This document shows positions 7,970 through 16,899 of a stretch of 64,000 nt of DNA, piece by piece. A program made the position numbers and the translations under genes. Source of the DNA: a virus (lineage: Duplodnaviria; Caudoviricetes); the IMG/VR virus record IMGVR_UViG_3300032285_001531; one strand, 5' to 3'. The stretch's first letter is position 1, and every line of letters begins with the position of its first letter. The notes beneath the pieces were generated by a model. It worked only from the letters and a program-made list of their open reading frames with translations. It did no database searches and had not been told where the DNA came from.

Positions 7970-10689
7970 TGAGAGCAACTGAGTTCATCACAGAAGCATT
8001 TGATAAGCCCTATGCATATAACTGGCAGCGTGGTGATCATGGTGATTACGATATACTAGTTAAATTACCAGACGGTTCACCACTAAACATTTCATTCAAT
8101 CACGAAGGTGATGACGTATGGCATGTTGCATTTGATCGTGGGCATAGTCAAGAAATCACTGGTGAAGGTGATGCACAAAGAATATTTGCCACAGTATTAC
8201 ACAGCATTAAACAATTCATTGGTAAACAACATCCAGAGAAGTTATATTTCTCTGCAAGCAAACAAGTTGAACCAGGGCAACGCAGCGAGAGCAGAGCGAA
8301 TTTATATAGTAGAATGATCAAGCGTTATGCTAGTTCTATGGGATATGACTCTGTTACTGATGACTTTGGTAGAGATAGTGTAACGTATATACTAAACAAA
8401 AAGCAAGGTGTGACAGAAGATACCGAAAACAGCATGTCTACTGAAGATATGATTGCTTATCTAAGACAACACCATGATAGTAATCTTCATCAGGACTACA
8501 TAAATCACTTAAACACATTCAGTAAGTTTGTACTACGAGATATTCCAGTGAACACAATTAAAACAGAGTTACCTGGCCTAGATAAAGCAAAAGTAGAACA
8601 ATATAAAAAAATGGATTTCAGCAAGGCACCTCCTATTGTAATGGGAAATGGTCATATCTTAGATGGTTATCACAGAACAACAGTAGCAAAAGCATTAGGT
8701 ATTCCTACTATCAAAGGTTATGTTGGTATTAAACATCAAGGTGTGGCGGAAGGCTCGGAAAACAATGGAATTAGTTTCAAGGTACAAAAAGGTAAAAACA
8801 AATTTGCAACTACTTTAAGTGTTGGTGTCAACCCAGTAGGAGTATACCAATATGATGCTGATACAGGTCGTAGTGTGGCCGAGGTTTATCCAGAATTCAA
8901 AGGCAAAGGATTAGGTAAATTATTAGTTTTACATGCTATCTATACCGCGGCCAAATTGGGATTAGATTTCCAAGAAGATGAATCAAGAACTTCAGAGTAT
9001 GATAATGTATTAGATAGTTTGAGTAGCAACGGTTATATTGTAGATGACGATGGTTATTGGTATGTTACCGGCGAAGGTGAACAATATCTACAACAAGCAT
9101 TAAAGCAAGATGTGGCGGAAGGCTCATTAAACGAAATTTACAAAATGCCGCCTACTAAAGATAGTAGTCAAGGAATGGCAATTTGGGCTTACAATGATGC
9201 AGTAGAAAAAAAGTCGCCTGTGTTTTATAGAGATAACAATGTAATAATTTTCAAATTCAATGAATATTTACTGCGATATATCATATTGCAAGATGGAAAC
9301 CCTGTGTTATATATCGGGTTAAGTAGATTCCTTGATGGATATAAATCCGGTACTGTTGCTACTGAAATAGAAGGGCGCGGCAAGGGTCTGGCACAAAAAG
9401 CATATTTGAATGCCAGTGATATTTTAGGTGTACCAATATATAGTGATACCACACAAACTGATGCAAGTAGGTTGGGTATATGGGATAAACTGATTCAACA
9501 ATATCCAGATAGAATTGTTGGGTACGATCAAAAAACTAACAAGGATTTACCTTTGTCAATGTCTGATAAAGGACCAATAGTGAATCAAAACCAACCAATA
9601 TATGTTAACAATAAAGATACTAATAAACCAATAGCACCAAATCAACGATATAGAACAAGAATTTTAAAACTACTACCTATCAAGCAAGGTGTGGCAGAAG
9701 GCAGAGAAAATTATAATGGTATAAATTTGTTACTTCAGCGAGATGATGATGAAGTTTTTGTTAAAGCCTCAGCAGGTGGTAGAGAATTAGGTCATGTATT
9801 GTTTGTAGATGAAGGTGACTACTTAATGCCACAAGACCTAGAAGTTGATGAACGTTTTCAAGGTCAAGGTATTGCTCAAACAATGTATGACTATGTTAAA
9901 AGCAAAGGATATAAGATACGCCGTAGTGGTCAGCAAACTGCTGCAGGTGCAGGCTTCTGGGACAAACATCGCCCTGAACAGAATGTTTGGGAAGGTACAG
10001 CAGACGATATTAACAAAATGTTTAACAACATGTATGATCCGTTGACAACAAATTTACAACGTGTAGCATTGATGGCTATGCAGGGTAGACAAGATGAAGC
10101 GGGAATGCAGTTGAATCGTGTAATCAAAGATGCAAGTCCAGAAGCACAAAAGAAAATTATTGATGCTGTAAACAATATCAAACCAGTAACAATCAATGGC
10201 AAAGTAGCAGACAGTTCAACATTAGATAAAAGTCATACACATCAAGACTGGATCTTAAACACATTTATTCCTTGGGTAAAGAAAACTATTGGTCATCAAG
10301 ATGTTACTGAAGATGCAACACCTACAATGGGTATCAATGTAAGAAGTGACGGTGATATTGACTATGCTAGTTTAATCATTGATGGCAAGAAAAAATATGA
10401 ATCTCGTCAGACTGATAGTCTTAGACCATATGTTGGTAAAACAGTTGCAATTGTTAGAACTGGTAAAGGTCCTGCAGTTGCAATTGGTCAAGTAACAGTA
10501 GGTGACCCAATTGTAGTAGATGCAGAAAAGTTTGACAAAATGCGCAAACAACATTTAGTACCACAAGGCAGCAAGTTTGATATAGGTATCGATGCTACCA
10601 AATATCTATATCCAATGATTAATCCAGTTCGTTGGGATAATGAAAAACTAGTAAAACAAAAAGGTATTGTTGCTAGAAAGATTGATTAA
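7969..10689 (+). CDS. Polyvalent polyprotein: unknown domain, ParB/Srx-like, 3x GNAT, unknown domain, ASCH
   Basis: MRATEFITE; ILDGYHR (ParB-like); FKGKGLG, GRGKGLA, FQGQGIA (GNAT motif A); GINVRSD..IIDGKKKYESR (ASCH); six Q(G/D/N)V(A/T/W)E linkers. Confidence 0.8.
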   Translation: MRATEFITEAFDKPYAYNWQRGDHGDYDILVKLPDGSPLNISFNHEGDDVWHVAFDRGHSQEITGEGDAQRIFATVLHSIKQFIGKQHPEKLYFSASKQVEPGQRSESRANLYSRMIKRYASSMGYDSVTDDFGRDSVTYILNKKQGVTEDTENSMSTEDMIAYLRQHHDSNLHQDYINHLNTFSKFVLRDIPVNTIKTELPGLDKAKVEQYKKMDFSKAPPIVMGNGHILDGYHRTTVAKALGIPTIKGYVGIKHQGVAEGSENNGISFKVQKGKNKFATTLSVGVNPVGVYQYDADTGRSVAEVYPEFKGKGLGKLLVLHAIYTAAKLGLDFQEDESRTSEYDNVLDSLSSNGYIVDDDGYWYVTGEGEQYLQQALKQDVAEGSLNEIYKMPPTKDSSQGMAIWAYNDAVEKKSPVFYRDNNVIIFKFNEYLLRYIILQDGNPVLYIGLSRFLDGYKSGTVATEIEGRGKGLAQKAYLNASDILGVPIYSDTTQTDASRLGIWDKLIQQYPDRIVGYDQKTNKDLPLSMSDKGPIVNQNQPIYVNNKDTNKPIAPNQRYRTRILKLLPIKQGVAEGRENYNGINLLLQRDDDEVFVKASAGGRELGHVLFVDEGDYLMPQDLEVDERFQGQGIAQTMYDYVKSKGYKIRRSGQQTAAGAGFWDKHRPEQNVWEGTADDINKMFNNMYDPLTTNLQRVALMAMQGRQDEAGMQLNRVIKDASPEAQKKIIDAVNNIKPVTINGKVADSSTLDKSHTHQDWILNTFIPWVKKTIGHQDVTEDATPTMGINVRSDGDIDYASLIIDGKKKYESRQTDSLRPYVGKTVAIVRTGKGPAVAIGQVTVGDPIVVDAEKFDKMRKQHLVPQGSKFDIGIDATKYLYPMINPVRWDNEKLVKQKGIVARKID
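8404..10314 (+). repeat. Dispersed in-frame linker repeat CAAG(G/A)TGTGGCGGAAGGC (QGVAEG)
   Basis: Copies starting at 8404, 8737, 9106, 9685, 9979 (degenerate) and 10297; the copies at 8737 and 9106 match at 19 of 20 nt. Confidence 0.85.
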
Positions 10690-10701
10690 TCTCCAATTTA
10701 G

Positions 10702-10730
10702 TTGTATTCTTAACACATTTCTGCTATAAT
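10702..10730 (+). promoter_or_regulatory. sigma70-type promoter with extended -10, leaderless
   Basis: TTGTAT-17-TATAAT preceded by TGn; ATG 10737 follows after a 6-nt gap. Confidence 0.7.
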
Positions 10731-10736
10731 AATCTT

Positions 10737-11348
10737 ATGAACAAGATTGGCAATTTTGAATCCATTGGTTGTGATTGTGAGTTTGGATTGGTTCAACGAA
10801 CCTTGAATTACGAACCTATGACTTTATTAAGATGGTCTAGTATAAATTTACACAGTTTAGTTAGAATGATTGACGATGATTTTAAAGATTTAAAAAATAT
10901 TGATACATATGATATTGATAGAAATGACGATTTAGAATACATGGTTACTAATACAAGTTATCATCTTTGGTCACATACTGACACACGACATGACACTTCC
11001 AAATCTGAATTAATAGAATCATCCTTCAAACGAATAAATTATTTGCAACGTCAATTTGTAAAGGAAGCAAAAAATAATAAAAAAATATATGTTCACAAAT
11101 CTAAAAGTATTACTACTGAAGAAATGCAATTATTATATAATGCAATGAAATCATTAGGTGCTGATAGAATTTTATTTGTACTAAAAGACATTGACCTAAA
11201 AAATACGTTTGTTGAATCAGAATTTGGTTTGATTGCTTACATATCTGATTTTTATCCAAACACAAAGTTTGATGAATGGGAATCTATTCTTGATTATGCA
11301 CTTGAGTACTTTAATGAAAATAACATATCCCATAATAAATCAGTCTAA
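10737..11348 (+). CDS. Hypothetical Cys-motif protein (DUF1796-like, tentative)
   Basis: N-terminal FESIGCDCEFG...LLRWS resembles the DUF1796 SLGxxC start; first gene of the ligase-ACP cassette. Confidence 0.45.
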   Translation: MNKIGNFESIGCDCEFGLVQRTLNYEPMTLLRWSSINLHSLVRMIDDDFKDLKNIDTYDIDRNDDLEYMVTNTSYHLWSHTDTRHDTSKSELIESSFKRINYLQRQFVKEAKNNKKIYVHKSKSITTEEMQLLYNAMKSLGADRILFVLKDIDLKNTFVESEFGLIAYISDFYPNTKFDEWESILDYALEYFNENNISHNKSV

Positions 11349-12462
11349 CGAATTTAGAAAAACAGTTATAGAACAACTTTACTATTTGTCCGAACATATT
11401 AATTCTTTACAAATTGAAAATGATATGTTAATAATTAGTATAGATGATCCTTTATGTGTTGATGAAGCTGAAATTATAACATCGGTAAAAAGAATAATAG
11501 AAACTACGGAAAAAAGTTTTAGAGCCTTTAAAGAAACAATTTCATATGAATCGGAAAACAAATCTACTTACAACTTAGATCCTAATATATGGTTAATTGA
11601 AAACGGTGATTTATTAACACATAGTAATGGAACATATGTTTATACTGGTACTTTAGCAAAAGTTATTACTGGATTAGATAATTTCTTACAAAAATTATGT
11701 ATTAAGTTTGGAGCAGTTGAATATATATTTCCAACTACTATGCCGTTTGACTCATTAAACAACTCAGGATACATAAAATCTTTCCCACAACATGTAGGAT
11801 TTATTTCATATGGTCAAAAAGGATACGATGGTTTTACAAAATTAGTAACTGCTTTAGATGATAATCAAGTTGAAAAATACTTAGGAGACGTTAAATTAAT
11901 ACTAGCACCTACTGTTTGCCATCATTTATTTCAAACTATTAAACTTTCTAAATCTACTAAGAAATTGATTGTTACCGGAAGTTCAAAATGTCATAGAAAT
12001 GAAGATAAAACTGCATATGGAATTGAAAGATTAAACAGTTTCAACATGCGTGAAATAATTTTTATTGATGAACCCGATATAGTATCAAATAAACTAACAG
12101 AGTTTTCAAATATATTAAATGATATTTTTACTAAATGGAATATTTATTTTATAAAAATGAATGCTACTGACCCGTTCTTTGCAGGGGAAATGTCAAATAA
12201 AAAAATATATCAATCTATGCTAGATTTAAAAAACGAGTACAAATTTCATTTACCTTATAGTAATAAATGGCTTGCTACAACTTCTATAAATTATCATAGA
12301 GATAATATACTATATGGATTTGATATTAATACTGATAAGTTGCATTCAGGTTGTATAGCATTTGGATTAGAAAGAATTGCATTAAGTTTATTCTCTCAGT
12401 TTGGTACTAATACTAAAGAATGGCCTACAAATTTAACAGAAGATTTGGGGATTAACCTATGA
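11314..12462 (+). CDS. Class II aaRS-like (SerRS-like) amino acid:[carrier protein] ligase
   Basis: LAPTVCHH, motif 2 CHRNE..ERLNSFNMRE, TSINYHRD, motif 3 SGCIAFGLER; adjacent ACP gene; start moved from 11233 to ATG 11314. Confidence 0.8.
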   Translation: MKITYPIINQSNEFRKTVIEQLYYLSEHINSLQIENDMLIISIDDPLCVDEAEIITSVKRIIETTEKSFRAFKETISYESENKSTYNLDPNIWLIENGDLLTHSNGTYVYTGTLAKVITGLDNFLQKLCIKFGAVEYIFPTTMPFDSLNNSGYIKSFPQHVGFISYGQKGYDGFTKLVTALDDNQVEKYLGDVKLILAPTVCHHLFQTIKLSKSTKKLIVTGSSKCHRNEDKTAYGIERLNSFNMREIIFIDEPDIVSNKLTEFSNILNDIFTKWNIYFIKMNATDPFFAGEMSNKKIYQSMLDLKNEYKFHLPYSNKWLATTSINYHRDNILYGFDINTDKLHSGCIAFGLERIALSLFSQFGTNTKEWPTNLTEDLGINL

Positions 12463-12710
12463 TAGAAGATATTGTAAAATCAGTAATAGAAAAATATGCA
12501 AAAAAACCTATTACCAAAACAGAAAATTTTATTGAAGAAACTGATATTGATTCTTTATCATTAATAAACGTGTTAATGGATTTAGAAGAAGAACTTAACA
12601 TTGAATTTGATTTATCTGTTATGGTCATAGAAGATGTCAGTACCCTAGAAGATATGGTAAATTACGTTACAAAATTAAAGAATCAAGCGTTGCAAATCAG
12701 CAAAAATTAA
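12459..12710 (+). CDS. Acyl/aminoacyl carrier protein
   Basis: 83 aa, acidic; IDSLSLINVLMDLEEELNIEF with the phosphopantetheine Ser. Confidence 0.88.
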   Translation: MIEDIVKSVIEKYAKKPITKTENFIEETDIDSLSLINVLMDLEEELNIEFDLSVMVIEDVSTLEDMVNYVTKLKNQALQISKN

Positions 12711-12718
12711 TATATAAT
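12690..12718 (+). promoter_or_regulatory. sigma70-type promoter for dsbA-like/polymerase
   Basis: TTGCAA-17-TATAAT overlapping the end of the ACP gene. Confidence 0.6.
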
Positions 12719-12741
12719 TAACTCTTTTATAAGGAAATAAC

Positions 12742-13011
12742 ATGGATACTATTGAATCAAGAACCTTTACCCTCGATCAAAAGACAAAGCTTACCCAAAT
12801 TATCAATGAAGGTATGGCAGTAATGCAAGAGATTGATGACTTGAATGGTGGCTTATCAGACACTATTAAAGCAGTAGCAGAAGAAATGGAAATCAAACCT
12901 AGCGTATTAAAGAAAGCTATTCGTGTAGCACACAAAATGGAATTAGGTAAAACTCAACAAGAGCAAGAATTACTAGAAAACATTCTCACAACTGTAGGAA
13001 AAACTCTTTAA
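12742..13011 (+). CDS. T4 DsbA-like dsDNA-binding protein
   Basis: 89 aa, helical; IKAVAEEMEIKPSVLKKAIRVAHK pattern; directly upstream of the polymerase. Confidence 0.55.
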   Translation: MDTIESRTFTLDQKTKLTQIINEGMAVMQEIDDLNGGLSDTIKAVAEEMEIKPSVLKKAIRVAHKMELGKTQQEQELLENILTTVGKTL

Positions 13012-15710
13012 TGTATGTAGACGCAATTCACGACAGGGATAATGATAAAATCCATGTCGTAGAACGTACACCTGACGGCAAACGCAGATATCAAGAATAT
13101 CCTGCGAACTATGTGTTATATTACAGTGATCCTAAAGGCAAGTATCGTAGCCTCTATGGTGATTCAGTAAGCAGATTCAGTACACGTAAGCGTGGTGAAT
13201 TTGAAAAGGAACGTAGAATACAATCAAACAAACAATTGTTTGAGAGTGATATTAATGTGGTGTTTAGATGTCTAAGTGACAACTATCTTAATGTTGATGC
13301 TCCTAAACTACATACTTGTTTCTTTGACATTGAGGTTGACTTTGATCCTGACAAAGGATTCAGTCCAACTACAGATCCATTCAATCCAGTAACAGCAATC
13401 TCATTATACTTAGATTGGCAAGACTTACTGGTCACACTATGTATTGCACCAAAGCATATGAGTGATGAAACTGCATGGGAAATAACAAAGAAGTTTGAAA
13501 ACTGTTTGTTATTTAAAACCGAAACAGAAATGTTCGAAACCTTTTTTCAACTTATTGAAGATGCAGATGTAATGACTGGTTGGAACTCAGAGGGATATGA
13601 TATACCTTACATGGTTAATCGTGTCACTAGAGTAATGAGTAAAGATGATACACGTAGATTTTGTCTATTAGGTCAACTACCTAAGCCTAGAACATATGAA
13701 CGTTTTGGTAAAGAAGAACAAACATACGACTTGATTGGTCGTATTCATATGGACTATTTGCAATTGTATAAGAAGTATAACTACGAATCACGACATAGCT
13801 ATAAACTAGATGCAATTGGTGAGATGGAAGTTGGTGAGAACAAAACTCAATACGAAGGTACCCTTGATCAATTATACAATAAAGACTGGGAAAAGTTCTT
13901 GGAGTATAACAGACAAGATACGATGTTGTTAGTTAAGATTCACAATAAATTAAAATTCTTAGACCTAGCAAATGCACTAGCACATGAAAATACTGTGCTG
14001 TTGCCAACTGTTATGGGTTCAGTTGCAATGATTGAACAGGCTATTTTTAATGAAGCACATGAACGTGGATTAGTTGTACCTGACAAAAATAGAAAGGAAC
14101 ACAATGATGAACAACAAGCAGCAGGTGCCTATGTTGCTACGCCGAAAAGAGGCATGCACGAATATGTTGGTGCCGTCGATATCAACTCGCTCTATCCCTC
14201 GGTTATTAGGGCCCTCAACATGGCGCCAGAAACAATTGTCGGTCAAGTTAGACAAACCCTAACTAATCAATACATGCGAGATAAAGGTCTACGTCTTGCA
14301 ATGGAAAAGAAAAGATATAAAGAAGGTGATGATGAAGTTACCGGTAGTGTACTATGGGAGGGATTATTTAGTGCGTTAGAGTATACCGCAGTAATGAATC
14401 AAGAACGTGGCACTATATTAACTATTGATTTTGAAGATGGTCGTAGTGAAGAACATAGTGCTGCTGAAATATGGAAGATGATATTTGATAGCAATAGACC
14501 ATGGATGCTTAGTGCTAACGGTACAATCTTTACATACGAACAAGAAGGAGTTATTCCTGGTCTATTATCACGTTGGTACAGTGATCGTAAAGACATGCAA
14601 AAGAAACTCAGAGAATCAACTACTGATGAAGATAAAGAGTACTGGGATAAACGACAATTGGTTCGTAAGATTTTACTTAACTCTGCATACGGTGCATTGT
14701 TGAATGAACATTGTCGTTTCTATGATAAGCGTATTGGTCAAAGTGTTACATTAAGTGGTCGTCAAATTGTTAAACACATGATGAGCCAAATCAATGAATG
14801 TATCGCAGGTGACTATAACCATGAAGGTGAAGCAATTGTTTATGGTGATACTGACTCATGTTATTTCTCAGCATACAGTGTATTGAAACCTGAAATAGAT
14901 AAAGGTGAAGTACAATGGGATAAAGATATGTGTATTCAATTGTATGACAATATCGCAGACCAAGCTAATGAAAGTTTTCCTGCATTTATGGAGAAAGCAT
15001 TTCATGCTCCTCGTAAGAATGGTGCAATCATTAAAGCAGGTCGTGAACTGATTGGTGATCGTAGTATCTTTATTACAAAGAAGCGTTATGCTATTAATAT
15101 CTATGACAAAGAGGGTAAGCGTAAAGATACAAACGGTAGTACTGGGCAAATTAAAGCTATGGGTTTAGATTTGAAACGTGCTGACACGCCTAAATATGTA
15201 CAAGAGTTTTTGATGAGTGTATTGCAATGTGTACTAGATGGTGGCACACGTGATACCGTAATTGATATGATTAAAACATTTAAATTGCAATTGGCTCAAC
15301 AAGAACCTTGGACTAAAGGTAGCCCTAAATCAGTGAATAAGTTAACTATGTATGGTGACAAAGAAAAGGCAGCAGGTAAAACTAACATGCCTGGTCACGT
15401 AAGAGCAGCGTTAAACTATAACTATTTGCGTAATGCTAATAGTGACAACTATAGTCAAAAGATTGTAGATGGTATGAAAATTGTAGTATGTAAACTTAAA
15501 CCTAATCCATTAGGATATACAAGTATTGCATACCCAACTGACGAACTTAGATTACCTAAATGGTTCTGTGAGTTACCATTTGACGATTATGAAATGGAAA
15601 AAACACTAGTTGATGAAAAGATTGATAACTTGTTAGGAGTTATGAATTGGGACTTAAGAATAAGCACTGACGTTAATTCTACGTTTGATGACTTCTTTTC
15701 GTTCGGGTAA
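13011..15710 (+). CDS. polB: DNA polymerase family B (T4 gp43-like)
   Basis: Exonuclease DIE, GWNSEGYD, YNRQD; polymerase DINSLYPS, KILLNSAYG, YGDTDS, KKRY. Confidence 0.97.
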   Translation: MYVDAIHDRDNDKIHVVERTPDGKRRYQEYPANYVLYYSDPKGKYRSLYGDSVSRFSTRKRGEFEKERRIQSNKQLFESDINVVFRCLSDNYLNVDAPKLHTCFFDIEVDFDPDKGFSPTTDPFNPVTAISLYLDWQDLLVTLCIAPKHMSDETAWEITKKFENCLLFKTETEMFETFFQLIEDADVMTGWNSEGYDIPYMVNRVTRVMSKDDTRRFCLLGQLPKPRTYERFGKEEQTYDLIGRIHMDYLQLYKKYNYESRHSYKLDAIGEMEVGENKTQYEGTLDQLYNKDWEKFLEYNRQDTMLLVKIHNKLKFLDLANALAHENTVLLPTVMGSVAMIEQAIFNEAHERGLVVPDKNRKEHNDEQQAAGAYVATPKRGMHEYVGAVDINSLYPSVIRALNMAPETIVGQVRQTLTNQYMRDKGLRLAMEKKRYKEGDDEVTGSVLWEGLFSALEYTAVMNQERGTILTIDFEDGRSEEHSAAEIWKMIFDSNRPWMLSANGTIFTYEQEGVIPGLLSRWYSDRKDMQKKLRESTTDEDKEYWDKRQLVRKILLNSAYGALLNEHCRFYDKRIGQSVTLSGRQIVKHMMSQINECIAGDYNHEGEAIVYGDTDSCYFSAYSVLKPEIDKGEVQWDKDMCIQLYDNIADQANESFPAFMEKAFHAPRKNGAIIKAGRELIGDRSIFITKKRYAINIYDKEGKRKDTNGSTGQIKAMGLDLKRADTPKYVQEFLMSVLQCVLDGGTRDTVIDMIKTFKLQLAQQEPWTKGSPKSVNKLTMYGDKEKAAGKTNMPGHVRAALNYNYLRNANSDNYSQKIVDGMKIVVCKLKPNPLGYTSIAYPTDELRLPKWFCELPFDDYEMEKTLVDEKIDNLLGVMNWDLRISTDVNSTFDDFFSFG

Positions 15711-15787
15711 ACTAGTTTTGTTTTTCGCAATAAAATCCGTTATAATAGATGCAATACATTCCTAAATAAATCATAAGGAGAAATTTA

Positions 15788-16513
15788 ATGAAGGACAATT
15801 TACAAGATTTGATATCACATATACATGGTCTAAGTGATATTGACATTATTAAAATTATGGGTACTGATACTGAAACAAACTTTGCAGCAGTATCACAAGA
15901 TCAAAATGGTAGAATCGTTATTGAAGGTGGCTTTAAGAATACTGATGCAGAATTCATTGGCACATTCGGTCTACCAAATCTAAACAAACTCAAAACTATT
16001 TTAGGTTTTGATGACTATGACGATGGTTCAAAGATTCACACTAAGCGTGACAATGATGTTGCTAAAGCAATTCATTTTGAAAACAAGACAGGTGATTTCA
16101 TTAACGAATATCGTTTAATGTCAGAAGCTATTGTTAAAGAAAAAGTAAGTAATGTTATTTTCAAAGGTGCAACTTGGAACGTAGAATTCAATCCTACAGT
16201 AGATAACATTGGTAGATTGAAGCGTCAAGCACAAGCTAATAGCGAAGAAACTATTTTCAAACTTAAGATTGAAAACGGTGATGTAAAGATTTACTTTGGT
16301 GATCCAGCAACACATAATGGTAACTTTGTATTTCATTCTAAAGTATCTGGTACTATTAGCAATGTATTACAATTCCCAGTAAGTCTTGTTATTCAAGTAT
16401 TGAACATGGCAGGTGACAAAACAATGCGTGTTAGTGAAAAAGGTATCTTAGAAATCACTATTGACAGTGGCATTGCAACTTATCGTTACTTGATTCCTGC
16501 TCAATCAAAATGA
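15788..16513 (+). CDS. Sliding clamp (gp45/PCNA-like)
   Basis: 241 aa immediately after the polymerase; beta/alpha pattern ending YRYLIPA. Confidence 0.65.
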   Translation: MKDNLQDLISHIHGLSDIDIIKIMGTDTETNFAAVSQDQNGRIVIEGGFKNTDAEFIGTFGLPNLNKLKTILGFDDYDDGSKIHTKRDNDVAKAIHFENKTGDFINEYRLMSEAIVKEKVSNVIFKGATWNVEFNPTVDNIGRLKRQAQANSEETIFKLKIENGDVKIYFGDPATHNGNFVFHSKVSGTISNVLQFPVSLVIQVLNMAGDKTMRVSEKGILEITIDSGIATYRYLIPAQSK

Positions 16514-16899
16514 TAAAAGGCATTATGCAATCAGGTAAGTATTTGCATGTATCAGGGGGATATCCTTCTGCACCAAATATTAATTCTACGCAAAATAGAC
16601 AAACATCTAATTCACCATCTTCAGGTGACGTTCGTTATAACGCAACTGTAGCGGGATTAGAGATATATGATGGTTATAATTGGGTGTCATGGAATCCTTC
16701 ATATGCCAGTGTTGGGTTATCGCCTGAAGCAGAAGAACTACTTGACTGGGCCAAAGAAAAGCGCAACAAAGAACTTGAAGTAGAAAAACTAGCAAAAGTT
16801 AATCCAGCAGTTCATGATTTACTTGAGCAGATTAAAGAAAAGCAAGATCAACTTGAAATGGTAACAACATTACTAAAATCACCAGAGACAACATCTTAA
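16510..16899 (+). CDS. Hypothetical protein
   Basis: 129 aa, coupled to clamp and TGT-like genes. Confidence 0.7.
   Translation: MIKGIMQSGKYLHVSGGYPSAPNINSTQNRQTSNSPSSGDVRYNATVAGLEIYDGYNWVSWNPSYASVGLSPEAEELLDWAKEKRNKELEVEKLAKVNPAVHDLLEQIKEKQDQLEMVTTLLKSPETTS

Noticed and set aside
8404-10314. CRISPR array or DGR repeat interpretation of the linker repeats
   Set aside because: Spacing is irregular (about 290-580 nt) and in-frame coding; no cas or reverse transcriptase gene; no A-specific variation
11233-11313. Longer start for the ligase given in the ORF track
   Set aside because: It would overlap the upstream gene by 116 nt from a TTG; ATG 11314 is more plausible
11314-12462. Canonical seryl-tRNA synthetase
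   Set aside because: No clear tRNA-binding coiled coil, and an adjacent ACP points to the carrier-protein ligase subfamily
13011-15710. Intein or intron in DNA polymerase
   Set aside because: 899 aa, continuous motifs, no splice-junction or homing-endonuclease signature
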